A stretch of 63,991 nt of DNA, the filler included, from Basidiobolus ranarum (Eukaryota), in the NCBI GenBank assembly GCA_040143965.1. It is 3 parts of 3 records of this genome, joined end to end, with 100 filler letters (N's around TTAATTAATTAA, not from the genome) between each part and the next. Parts side by side here need not be neighbours in the genome. Positions count along the whole stretch, not along the records: positions 1 to 21,635 come from JASJQH010007075.1; positions 21,736 to 43,341 come from JASJQH010007076.1; 1 more part is not named here. The stretch is one strand, 5' to 3'. The position numbers were made by a program, and so were the translations under genes. Under the pieces are notes generated by a model that did not search any database, was not told where the DNA came from, and saw nothing but the letters and a program-made list of their open reading frames with translations. Shown here one piece after another: positions 12,886-23,244 of this stretch (positions are counted from its first letter, which is position 1; every line of letters begins with the position of its first letter).

Positions 12886-14265
12886 CTAACGTACAAATTT
12901 ATTTTTGATAGATTCCAAAGGAATAGGTTCATGAAGGTATTGCTTATCATTTTCACCGATTCCGTAGGAACCTGTGGTTTGTCCTTGACCATACAATCTA
13001 TATTTGTAGATCATCAAGCCTTCTAATCCGACCGGTCCACGAGCATGTGTTTTGTTAGTAGACACACCGATTTCCGCACCAAAACCGTATCTAAATCCAT
13101 CAGCAAAACGAGTAGAGGCATTCCAGTAGGTACCAGCGGCATCCACCTTAGTCATAAACAATTCAGCATCAGCAGCATTTTCAGTGACGATGCATTCAGT
13201 ATGTTTAGATCCATGATCATAAATATGATCAATAGCATCATCCACCGAAGACACCACCTTAACCGCCATAGTAAGGTCCAAGAATTCAGTATCAAAGTCT
13301 TCATCTACAGCTTGGATAACTTTTCCACCCAAATTCTGAAGTACGGGAAAACTTTTTTCATCAGCATGAAGTTCAACTCCTTTGGCGAATAATCCTTTGG
13401 CGATGGCTGGAAGATGACTTTCTACTACTTGTTCATGGATTAAGAGGGTTTCGGCAGAGTTACAAGCAGCTGGGTAATTGGTTTTCGAATCAACTACTAG
13501 GTCAACTACCTTATTTATATCCGCTTCTTTATCCACATAAATCGAGCATAGACCATCGGCGTGACCAAGGACTGGAATACGAGTAGAATCCTGAATATAT
13601 CTTACCAATGATCCCGAACCACGTGGAATAACGATATCAATGTATTTATCCTGGTCCAAGAGGGAGGCGATCTCTTCACGAGACGAAACTAACTGAACTG
13701 CATTAGCAGGGATGGATAATTCAGCAGGAAGAGATTCTAACGCGGCTCTTAAAGCCTTATATAATGCGGTCATAGTATGAATAGCTTCTTTACCACCTTT
13801 AAGGATGACTGCGTTACCTGACTTGATAGCCAAAGCGGAAATATTCACGATCACTTCAGGTCTAGCCTCAAAGATAACCAGCATAACACCTACTGGTACA
13901 GCGACTCTATACAAGTCAAGTCCATTATCCAAACGAGTTGCCATAGAAACTTGACCAGAAGGGTCCGGAAGGGAATCTACCTCCGAGACTCCCTTTAACA
14001 TAGTATCAAACTTGGAACCATTGGTACCTTCAATATCTAAACGTTTAAATAAGGAAGCCGAAAGTTTGCCTGCTTTCACCTCTTTCTCCGCATTGGCACG
14101 GTCTAAAGCGTTAGCTTGAAGGATATCTTCTTTAGCATTTTTTATGTACTCTTGAATACGAGTTAAGGCGGCAGTTTTATGTGCGGCAGTAATTCCTTGA
14201 AGTGATTTGGAGGCTTCACGTGCTTGTTTGGCGATATCAACAGCGGCAAGATTTGTATTGCTCAT
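12886..14265 (-). CDS. PRO2: Gamma-glutamyl phosphate reductase
   Basis: Motifs IFEARPE, KSGNAVILKGGKEA, YPAACNSAETLL, NASTRFADGFRYGFGAEIGVST and HARGPVGLEGL. Confidence 0.97.
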   Translation of the reverse strand: MSNTNLAAVDIAKQAREASKSLQGITAAHKTAALTRIQEYIKNAKEDILQANALDRANAEKEVKAGKLSASLFKRLDIEGTNGSKFDTMLKGVSEVDSLPDPSGQVSMATRLDNGLDLYRVAVPVGVMLVIFEARPEVIVNISALAIKSGNAVILKGGKEAIHTMTALYKALRAALESLPAELSIPANAVQLVSSREEIASLLDQDKYIDIVIPRGSGSLVRYIQDSTRIPVLGHADGLCSIYVDKEADINKVVDLVVDSKTNYPAACNSAETLLIHEQVVESHLPAIAKGLFAKGVELHADEKSFPVLQNLGGKVIQAVDEDFDTEFLDLTMAVKVVSSVDDAIDHIYDHGSKHTECIVTENAADAELFMTKVDAAGTYWNASTRFADGFRYGFGAEIGVSTNKTHARGPVGLEGLMIYKYRLYGQGQTTGSYGIGENDKQYLHEPIPLESIKNKFVR

Positions 14266-15001
14266 AGTTTATGTATAGGCCAAGGGAATGGGAATAGAGT
14301 GGTGGTTAAGTGTAAAGAGAAATTACCAAATTTTACTTTAAATTTACAATACAAGCTTTGGAAGTGAGATTGATGATGACGTTTACCAGTATTTATATGG
14401 ATGGATCCAGGAGCGATGAATGATTGTTGATGAATTCGATACACAGTTCCACCTATACAACATATCCACCTATATAACATAGAGAGTAACAATGATGATA
14501 ATCAAAGCGTCATTCTCAATACTATTAAGGTAAATCTGGACACTTTCATGATGACTACAAATCTATCCAAGTAATGCGTCATTATTAGTAATAGAAGGTA
14601 AAATTCATGGATAAACTCTATTCCATTCTGAGAAAATCATTGAAATTAGAATTGAGTAAATGGTTCAAGTTAACATTCATTTTCTTAGTGGATTTCTCTC
14701 GGCTTTGAAAGTGCTTTCAAAATTTCATTGGTGGAGTATCAAATATAATATCCAACATAAAGATATTCAACGTCAATATTTATCCGTGATGTGAAATTTG
14801 CCATGGCAGAATTAGTCATTCATTTGATTAAAATCTCTTGATAATATCTCAAGAGTGTAACTTTCAACAAAAGATACCAAATACGGAAAATATAAATGAC
14901 CACTAAAATAATTGTTATCTTGAATTCTTTCAGGATGATATATTATATAGAAATATGCTTTTCATAATTAGCCCAATAATATTACTCAAATGTCATAGAT
15001 T

Positions 15002-15529
15002 TGTTGATAGCATTACCTTATAGTCATATATAGCTTAGTACTTGGTTATCTTATACTTCACTAAGATATTATCCATTATTCTCAATTAGAATTTACTTGA
15101 ATATATTTACCAACTTAGAAGTTCTCAGATATATAGATTTTTCAAACTTGTGCTAGAAGCTCATACTTTGCACACATGTTCCTGGCACCTTCCTTAAAAC
15201 ATTCTACATATCAGTTTGTATCATCTTAATAAAACTATAAATGTCAACTGAATACTCAATAAATCAATGAGTGAAAACCACCACTTTCTCATATACAAAA
15301 TACACTTGGGCCTGTTGAAATTAGCTTTGCCTAAGCTCCTATATAGTCATATATAGCTTAGTACTTGGTTATTTTATAATTCACTAAGATATTATCCATT
15401 ATTCTCAATTAGAATTTACCTTGAATATTTTGACCAACTTAGAAGTTCTCGGATATATAAATTATACAATCTTGTGCTAGGAGCCCCAAATTTTGCACAC
15501 ATGTTCCTGGGACTTTCCTAAACACATTT
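15002..15529 (+). repeat. Two 3'-truncated copia LTR copies in tandem (about 15002-15290 and 15313-15529)
   Basis: Both begin TGTTGA and match the family LTR (tatagtcatatatagcttagtacttgg...gcacacatgttcctgg). Confidence 0.88.
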
Positions 15530-17230
15530 TAAGGTAGACCCTAGTGTTGAAGTATATTCTCCACCATTATCAGTACATATTTTCTTGATTTTAGTTCCAG
15601 TTTCAGTCTCCACAAGTGTATTAAAATCTCTAAAGATAGAGAGAGCTTCTTCTTTTCTTTCCATAAAGTAGACCCAAGTGCATCTTAGATAATCATCAAT
15701 ATATGTGAATAAATGTCTTTTTCTGGCTAAGGATAAATCTTGCATAGCTCCACAAAAATCTAAATGAATTAGATCCAATATTTTGGCAGATTTGATTAAA
15801 CCAGAGTTCTTGAATAGTTGCCTGACTTGTTTTCCATATATACAACCCCCACAAATTTCCATTTTGGCTGGGGGGTTAATTTGAATTCCAGAAATTAGGC
15901 AATATTTGATCATTTTGCACAAATAATCAAATCCAACATGGCCAAATCACTTATGCCATAATTGAATAGTTTCTTGATTGGAATTACTTAACTTTACATA
16001 CAAACCTCTTGGATTATATGTAAGTTTGCATAAGTTTTGATCCCTTTCTCCCAAAGTTAAATAATACCCATTTTGATCAGTGATGGTGCATCCTAACTTA
16101 TCAAAATTGAATTTTAGCTCTTTTGAGATGGCCTTGCATACAGATGTTAAGCTCTAGGCAGTATCCAAAACATATAGTATATCCTTAAAAGTATACACAT
16201 TCTCTTCAGAAGCTCCAATTAAATTGACTTGAATTGTTCCCATGCCAATAGTATCCAATGTGCAGTCATCTCCCATGAAAACCTTTCTATTTGGGATTTC
16301 TTTGTAATCCACACATCAATGTTTTCCATTTGTGAGTTGTTGTGAGGCTCCAGAATCACTATACCATGTCTGAGAATCCTTTTTGGTAGTCATAGATAGA
16401 GCAGATATAAACAAGTGATTGTCTGTTGTACCACATTTCCAGATTTAGTATGTTTTTCTTCTTTTTGCAATTCTTTTAAAGCAATCTTTGCTTTAATGGT
16501 CAGTTCTTGTACAGTAATCACAGAATGTGTTACTTTTCTTCTTGAAGGCTTTTGACCTATATAGGAAGGTTTCCCATAGCCTATTAAAGCATTTTCTTCA
16601 TTCTTTTAGTTGGATCCCAACTTGCCTGAATCTTCATCCAGAAGTCCACCAAATACATAATTTAAGGCCAAATTTTTGGTTCTTGATTCAAGAGCCATTA
16701 CCAGACTCTGAAACATGTGTGGCAGGCTATTCAGGACTATAACTATGATATCTTGATCAGTAGCAGGTACTCCATTGCATTCCTTTCCATACACTCAAAT
16801 AGCAACTTTATCAATTAGTGAATTGATGTCTTCTCCTGGCTTCATCTTTAAGTTAAGGAATTATCTTCTTAGAAACATCTTATTGGCAGCAGAACTTGTT
16901 TGGTAGCTATCTTCCAAGGCTTTCTGTACCTTCTTGGCAGCTTTAGCTCTTGAACATTGATTTAGCAATTTATCTTTAAAATTAAGACTTGTTATGTTGA
17001 AGGCACTTTGTTCTTTTGTGAACCTGGAATAAAACTTTGGTTTCAGATAGTTTTAAATTGTTAACTTCTCCCACAACAGTGTCCCAAAGTCCTCTTTCTT
17101 GCAGCAGCATTTTCATTTTAATATTCCAAACTTGATAATTGGTTCCATCCAATTTTTTGGAAGAGGGAAAAGTTCCATAGATTGGAGAAGTAGACATTAG
17201 AGAGAGAGTGCAAGTTTGGGGCTCATAACC
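15530..17230 (-). mobile_element. Decayed copia internal region: PBS, gag, protease, GAG-pre-integrase and integrase N-half
   Basis: Contains KLDGTNYQVW.IKMK.LL...GLWD (gag), a CxxC zinc-knuckle remnant, WYSDSGASQ (protease) and C..C..GKQ / LIHLDFCG / FTYIDDY / TDNGGEY (integrase). PBS GGTTATGAGCCC at 17230-17219 abuts the LTR. Confidence 0.92.
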
Positions 17231-17577
17231 TGTTAAGGTATTTGAGAGCCTGTTGGAAGTGGTGTGGAGAGTTAGAGAAATTGGTGGCTTTCACTATTAC
17301 ATTTATGTAGTAGAGAGTTGACATTTATAGTTTTGTAAAGATATAAACAAACTAACATGTAGAATGTGTTAAGAAAGGTCTGAGGAGCATGTTTGCAAAG
17401 TTTGGGGCTTCTAGCATAAGTTTGAAAAAACATATATATGAGAACTTCTAAGTTGGTAAAAATATTGCTAGTAAGTTCCAAATGAGAATAATGAATAATA
17501 TTTTAGTCAAGTATAAGATAACTAAGTACTAAGCTGTATATGAATATATAGGCATTCAGACAATGCTAATTTTAACA
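17231..17577 (-). repeat. Full copia LTR, preceded by a PPT and followed by a PBS (shared LTR)
   Basis: TG...CA ends. CTCTCCCT at 17578-17585 is the PPT on the minus strand, and the PBS lies directly on the other side. Confidence 0.9.
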
Positions 17578-17585
17578 CTCTCCCT

Positions 17586-18874
17586 CAACTAAATGGTAAT
17601 ATAAACTAGTCCAAATAAAGGTCTAAATATCTCTAATTTCTCTCTAGCTAATGGTTGGGTTATTATATCAGCAATCATATCTTCTGTAGAGCAATATGTC
17701 AAGTTGTTAAACTTGCTCTCTAAAGACTCTCTAATGAAGTGATACTTAATATCTATATATTTGCTTCTATTGTAAAACATGGTATTTTTAGCTAATTTGA
17801 TAAAACTTTGATTACCTCAAAATACAGTAGTTGGTGATTTTGAGAATAACCTAACTCTGTTAAGAGTTTTCTGAACCATATTTGTTCTTTTGTTACTTGA
17901 CAGACAGCCATGTATTCTGCTTCTGTTGTTGAAAGTGCTATGGTAGGTTGTTTCTTTGAATTTAAAGAAATAGCTCAATTACAGTAAAGAAACAAGTATC
18001 CTGTTGTAGATCTTCTGTCTTCAATATCTCTTCCCCAATCTACATCTGAATATCCCATCAGATCAAAGTGTGATCCAGAATATGTGTATTTTAGGCACAT
18101 ATTCACAGTTCCTTTCAACTATCTGAACATCTGCTTAACTGCAATGATTTCATCAGATCCATAATCTTGAAGACATTGGCACATAACTCCCACATAATAT
18201 GCAACATCTGGCCATGTTCCAACCATGATATACACAAACTACCAACCACAGATTGATAAGGAAATTTCTAGCTTTCATTTGAATCCCAAAAACATCTGAT
18301 TTGAGTCATTTTTGGTCAAGTTAAGATCTGTCTCTAATGGTATAGATACTGGATTACATTCTTCCATTGTAAATTTCTTTAGTACATCTAGGATATACTT
18401 AGACTGGTTTAAAGTTTTTGTTTTGGTAGCTCTATCTACCTTAATTTGGATCCCAAGATAGTATGTCCATTCACCAAGATCAGCCAATTTGATTTCTGCA
18501 GATAATCTGGATGTGGTTTTCTCCAAAGTCTGCAAGTCATTGATTGCTATAATAAAGTCATCTACATATACACCTCATAAAACTGCATGTGTCTAATCTG
18601 GCCTGAAGTATATATTATAGTCAGCTGTAATCTTTTGGAATTTAAGTATTTCTAAAAAAGCATCTAGCATTATATTCCAAGCTCTTGCAGATTGTTTGAG
18701 TCATGGAGTGTTTTTGGGAGTTTGCAAGCTTTTTTTGGGTTTTCTGGGTTCAGAGATCCATCTGGCTGGTCCATATAGAACTTCTCAGCAAGCTCACCAT
18801 TCAAAAAGTAGTTCTAACATCCATATAATATATATTAAATTGATATTTAGCTGAAATTGCTATAATCAATCTAA
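17586..18874 (-). mobile_element. Decayed copia RT/RNase H, interrupted at 18875 by a DNA transposon
   Basis: Contains MDVRT, NGELAEKFYMDQPDG, VYVDDFII, DLGEWTYYLGIQI, GYSDVDWG and YIDIKYHFIRE. It is a close paralog of 1-1184. Confidence 0.92.
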
Positions 18875-21385
18875 CCCTAACAAAAATAAATTCAATTTGA
18901 TCCAGATTGGATCCACCATCCAAAATAGCAAAACTGTCAGAGTACCATCACAATATTGGTGGCTTGCATTCTGCCAGGGATTTTAAAAAGGTGTGATGGC
19001 AGTCTCTTGATGGTATTTTGACAGTGTTCATACATGATAAAATATTGATCCTCAAATTTGGCATGCATCATCCAATATCTGGCTATTTTTGCAAAAATCT
19101 AATTTTTGAATGGCAAATTACTGGGTTTACTGCTCTAGGAATTTGAATTAATATTCATGCCTTTATTTAGATATATTAGGCTTTGTATTCCAGCCATAAT
19201 GAGAATCAAAAAATACAAGAATCTTGTTGTGTTTGGTCTTTACATATGCACATACTTGACTGATCAGACATAACTCAACAACATCAATATACTTTACCAA
19301 CAAACTGATAGTGAGAAAATTGCTAAACATCTAAAATTTTGAATAGCACTGACACTTGGCAAATAGCTGACTCTTGTTACCATTCAGAATGAGAATAAGC
19401 TCATTGATTTTGGCAAATTTCCATAAAGAATTCAGCCAATATATCCCTGACTTGCAGTCAACAAATGTCCTGCCACAAGCAGATATGTCATTGCTTGAAT
19501 AGATTACCCCATGGCTAAAACAATAATACTGCATATCTTGATCTATCTCACCAAGAAGTCTGTCTTGCTGCTTTCCTAAAAATACCATCATATTTTTACA
19601 CAAACAAATTAGTCCAAATTGTAGAGATACTTACTCTGTGTCCATGGATTAGGCTTTGTTGCTGTTATTGTGCTCAAACAGTGCAAAAACCCATGCACAC
19701 ATTGAAATGAGCCCTTTGTTGGCAGGGTAATAAAATCTGTAGTCTCCTTAACCCATTGCTTTACATTCATCACTGATTTTGCTGATATATTGTTAATCAG
19801 ATTAGCATACGGTAATACTAACAATTTCACATGGAGCATCATTTCACCATAGGTGCACTCTGTTGGGAACTCCCAGAATGTATAGCAAGGGCCTATGATC
19901 TCTAAGCATTGTGAAAGATGTAGCAGGGAATGTATTGAATACCAACATAGATTCAGTCTATCTTCTTTAAACCTGTAATAAAGTTTTTCATATCCAACTA
20001 CAAAATCTATGCACAGTCACTGTATCTGCCTAAGATCTACCAATGTAAGTTGATGCTGTAAGAATATGTTGACAATATTGACAAGCAACTCCCAATGTTG
20101 CCAATACTTATTGGGCAGAAATCTTCTCAAAATTCCACTTGAATATATACAAATCCAATACTTCCAGTCTTTGCACTTGAATAAGCTCCTAGATGAGTGG
20201 ATATTGATGGGAGTCCTGGTAAAATATGATGGCATCTTGATGTTATCAAGCACTTTCTTAATTGATTCAAACTTTGATCCTGTCTTGAATGGCTCATTCA
20301 TTTTGAATTTTCCACTATATAGCTGAGTAAGTATTATTTGAATGCTGTTAAATAGTAAGTGCATAGTGCCTAATGGGAAGCTCTGGCTCCAGCTGATCCC
20401 CTTTAGCAATATAATCTTAGGCTTATGGCTAATACCAAGTTTGATGCTAGAATAACAATTTGGTGAATTGATATCAGTGATCATGTTGAAATCTGACTGA
20501 GCTCTTGATGGTAAAATCATGATGTTTAGTGTTGTATTTGGATAGTAGTAATTCATATGCCTGTTAGAGTAAACTCCATTGATTTGACAAAATCTACAGC
20601 AAGATAGTGCATTGTGCCCACAAAAACCTCCAACTTTACTGATGGCAGGATTTTCAACAATACATACAATGATATTAGCTTTAATAAAATATTCACCAAC
20701 TGAACCTCATTAGATTACCATTCAAATTCAGCAATCAAAGGATCCAAGAAGCTATCTATAAGCACTGGTGATTTAGGTCTAGATAGGATGAATAGTTTCA
20801 AAATATTATTACTCTTATACTGTTCAGAAGGAGGAAGATGTAAGTCAATTAAAATTATTGGCCAGCAAGCCGTTCCAATGGTATATTTGTTTACTGAGAA
20901 ACCATCCAGAGCCAATGCAAATGCATGATCATATGTGTCCTCAAAGAAACCTTGATATTTTAGATTCTGGTAGTGATATCCTTCAAGTTTATTGGTAATA
21001 CCATCAGCTTCATGGTGAGTACTATGGTATTTGAGCAATGATCTATATTTGGGTGATTTCATCAAAACTTTAAGGTGGGGAATCAATGGTATGTAAGCCA
21101 AATATGAACAATATTTACCTGATTGAGTGATTGCCAATTGTTTGCAATCAGTACATGACTTCAGGTTTTTCAGATCACTGGTCAGAGCCAAACAACCTTT
21201 TGGAGATGAAGATAGTTTAATTACTGAAGGATTATAAGTCATACAATTGACAAGTGTTTACCACTTGTACCAGGTCTGTGGTAAGCAACTGTTACCAATC
21301 AACTGTGCTAAAAGTGTAAGAAAACCATTTGGATTGAACTCTCCCCTCCTCAATAATCAAAGCTGCTTCCTCTACAGTAAATGCT
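18875..21385 (-). mobile_element. Decayed CACTA/EnSpm-like (CMC, tnp2/Transposase_21-type) DNA transposon
   Basis: Minus-strand fragments read YIPLIPHLK, LALDGF......CWPIILI..HLPP..Y, PKSP..IDSFLDPLIAEF, GHNALSCCRFC, MHLLF and KCKDWK.W. The element terminus begins CCCTAACAAAAA. Confidence 0.75.
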
Positions 21386-21635
21386 CCCTAACAAAAATAA
21401 AATTGATTTGATCCAGATCAAATCCACCCTCCAAAATAGCAAAACCATCAGAGACCTGTCACAATATCAGTGGCTTGCATTCTGGCACGGATTTTGATGG
21501 TGGTTTCTTGACAGTATCTTAATGGTATTTATAAATGTTAAATTATTGATCCTCAAATTTGGCATGCATTATTCAACATCCAGCAATTTTTGCAAAAATC
21601 TAACTTTTGAATGGCAAATTACTGGGTTTACTGCT
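21386..21635. repeat. Second copy of the ~255-bp transposon end (direct repeat of 18875-19134), running into the gap
   Basis: Both copies read ccctaacaaaaataaa...gatccag...ggcttgcattctg...gaatggcaaattactgggtttactgct. Confidence 0.85.
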
Positions 21636-21735
21636 NNNNNNNNNNNNNNNNNNNNNNNNNNNNNNNNNNNNNNNNNNNNTTAATTAATTAANNNNNNNNN
21701 NNNNNNNNNNNNNNNNNNNNNNNNNNNNNNNNNNN
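21636..21735. other. Artificial 100-nt N spacer with a six-frame stop linker
   Basis: N44-TTAATTAATTAA-N44. Confidence 0.97.
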
Positions 21736-22527
21736 AATGGAAAACATGAATATAACTAGTATCATCAATAGAGAATGAACAAAGTGGAAAATGTTGCACA
21801 ATTGATCAATAATGATCAAAAACGACGCAAAAGGCTGAATCCATTGATTATGCCCTATTGTAGTGTGTAAGCTACTGGGTAATGTGAGCCATACTTGTCT
21901 CCAGTAGTCTTAAATAAATGAGCATGCAAGTGATATTAGTAGTTTTCATGTTACTAGCAATGTCTTCAACTGCATCTACTGTAGTTTGAACGTGCTGTCG
22001 TCAAAATACAATTTGGCTCATGAAGCGCCCTCATTTCAATTAGTAATTAAAATAATGTGATTGAGTGAAGGATATACTTTTAGTACACACTCCACCAAGA
22101 CTTCATTGAATCCAAATAAATGGCACAACCCTCTTCAATCCAGATTTCTGGTTCATATACATAGCTGTCTACTCGAATTGGTTGCATCAGCAATTATCTG
22201 TTGGAGCCGAAAAGCAAAAGATTAGGAGTAAGGTTAGGATCCTCGTAGTCTTAATTTGAGCTCCAACTGTATCTGCATACATTAATAGCAACTCATTTAA
22301 TCAGTTAACATTTCATGCGACATCAAATGATTAAGATAGTAAATGGTTAAGGTATTCGATATTAATTTGTGGAGGAGGGAGATGTTTGGGCTAAAGTACC
22401 GAATAAAAAGTGCTTAGGAGATGCGAGCATTGAGTAGGGGACATTCAAAAGAATCGGAAATTGTATCTCGCTAAATATCCCCAAATAGATTAGTTCAAGT
22501 ACACGCCAATATTTACAAACAACTTAC

Positions 22528-23244
22528 CTAAATCTTTAGCAAGCCCGCTCGCTCCATTACCAGAGCCGCTGTAACTAAGAAAATCTGCTCAAATCGATCA
22601 TCTTGGAATATGTCTTTTACCATTCTTTGAAATATCCAAACTTTCCCAAGGGTGCAGGTTTCCCTATATCTACTATCAATCTCAATTCCACCAACGGACC
22701 GATTGACTCGTTTCCCACTAGGATCGACCGACTGAAGAACACACACAAGATCAGCACCATCGAAACTCCATCGTAAAGCGTGAGAATTCCAGGTAAATTT
22801 ATAGATACACCGGAACACTGAAGCTGATTTCAGAACTACGGATGGAGGATGAGAATGCTCTATGGTGAAAGCATCTAAATGGGAAATATCCTCGGTAGCT
22901 TTCACAACTATTTGGTTAGTATAAGAATTGATTAAGGCAAATGTACATGTAGTATTATCAAAATAACATTTATTAAACAAGTATAATGGTAGGTTGTTTT
23001 CCACCGATCTAATGTCTAGCTGATCGTAAAGATTAGCTGAACGCATTAGTGGTGAAGAAAATTTAAGCTTAAGACTAAAAAATATCATGGGCAAGTCAAT
23101 TATTCTATATGGAGGAGGTGACACCGATCCGCACTTGGCCTGACTTCTACTGTCAAATGAATACCCAGGGAGTACCTGAACACTAGTTGTAGGCTCTTGT
23201 ACGGATGCGGAGTCGGTGGAAGCTGATGTAGTAGGGACGCTCAT
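22528..23244 (-). CDS. Hypothetical protein with an N-terminal PPPY motif and a possible tubby/LURP-like beta-barrel
   Basis: 238-aa intronless ORF with an upstream TATA-like element. A beta-strand pattern ending in a hydrophobic helix (IFLVTAALVME) is visible, but the fold assignment is inference. Confidence 0.6.
   Translation of the reverse strand: MSVPTTSASTDSASVQEPTTSVQVLPGYSFDSRSQAKCGSVSPPPYRIIDLPMIFFSLKLKFSSPLMRSANLYDQLDIRSVENNLPLYLFNKCYFDNTTCTFALINSYTNQIVVKATEDISHLDAFTIEHSHPPSVVLKSASVFRCIYKFTWNSHALRWSFDGADLVCVLQSVDPSGKRVNRSVGGIEIDSRYRETCTLGKVWIFQRMVKDIFQDDRFEQIFLVTAALVMERAGLLKI

Noticed and set aside
10828-13392. Overlapping or antisense short ORFs within CCT5 and PRO2 (and similarly in the arrestins, HOM3 and sdaA)
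   Set aside because: They are alternative-frame by-products of well-supported genes.
18875-21635. Direct repeats as LTRs of a retroelement
   Set aside because: There are no TG..CA ends, PBS or PPT, and the enclosed ORFs resemble a DNA transposase.
21680-21691. TTAATTAATTAA palindrome inside N runs (also 43386-43397)
   Set aside because: It is an identical six-frame stop linker centred in 100-nt spacers, so it is an assembly or concatenation artefact.
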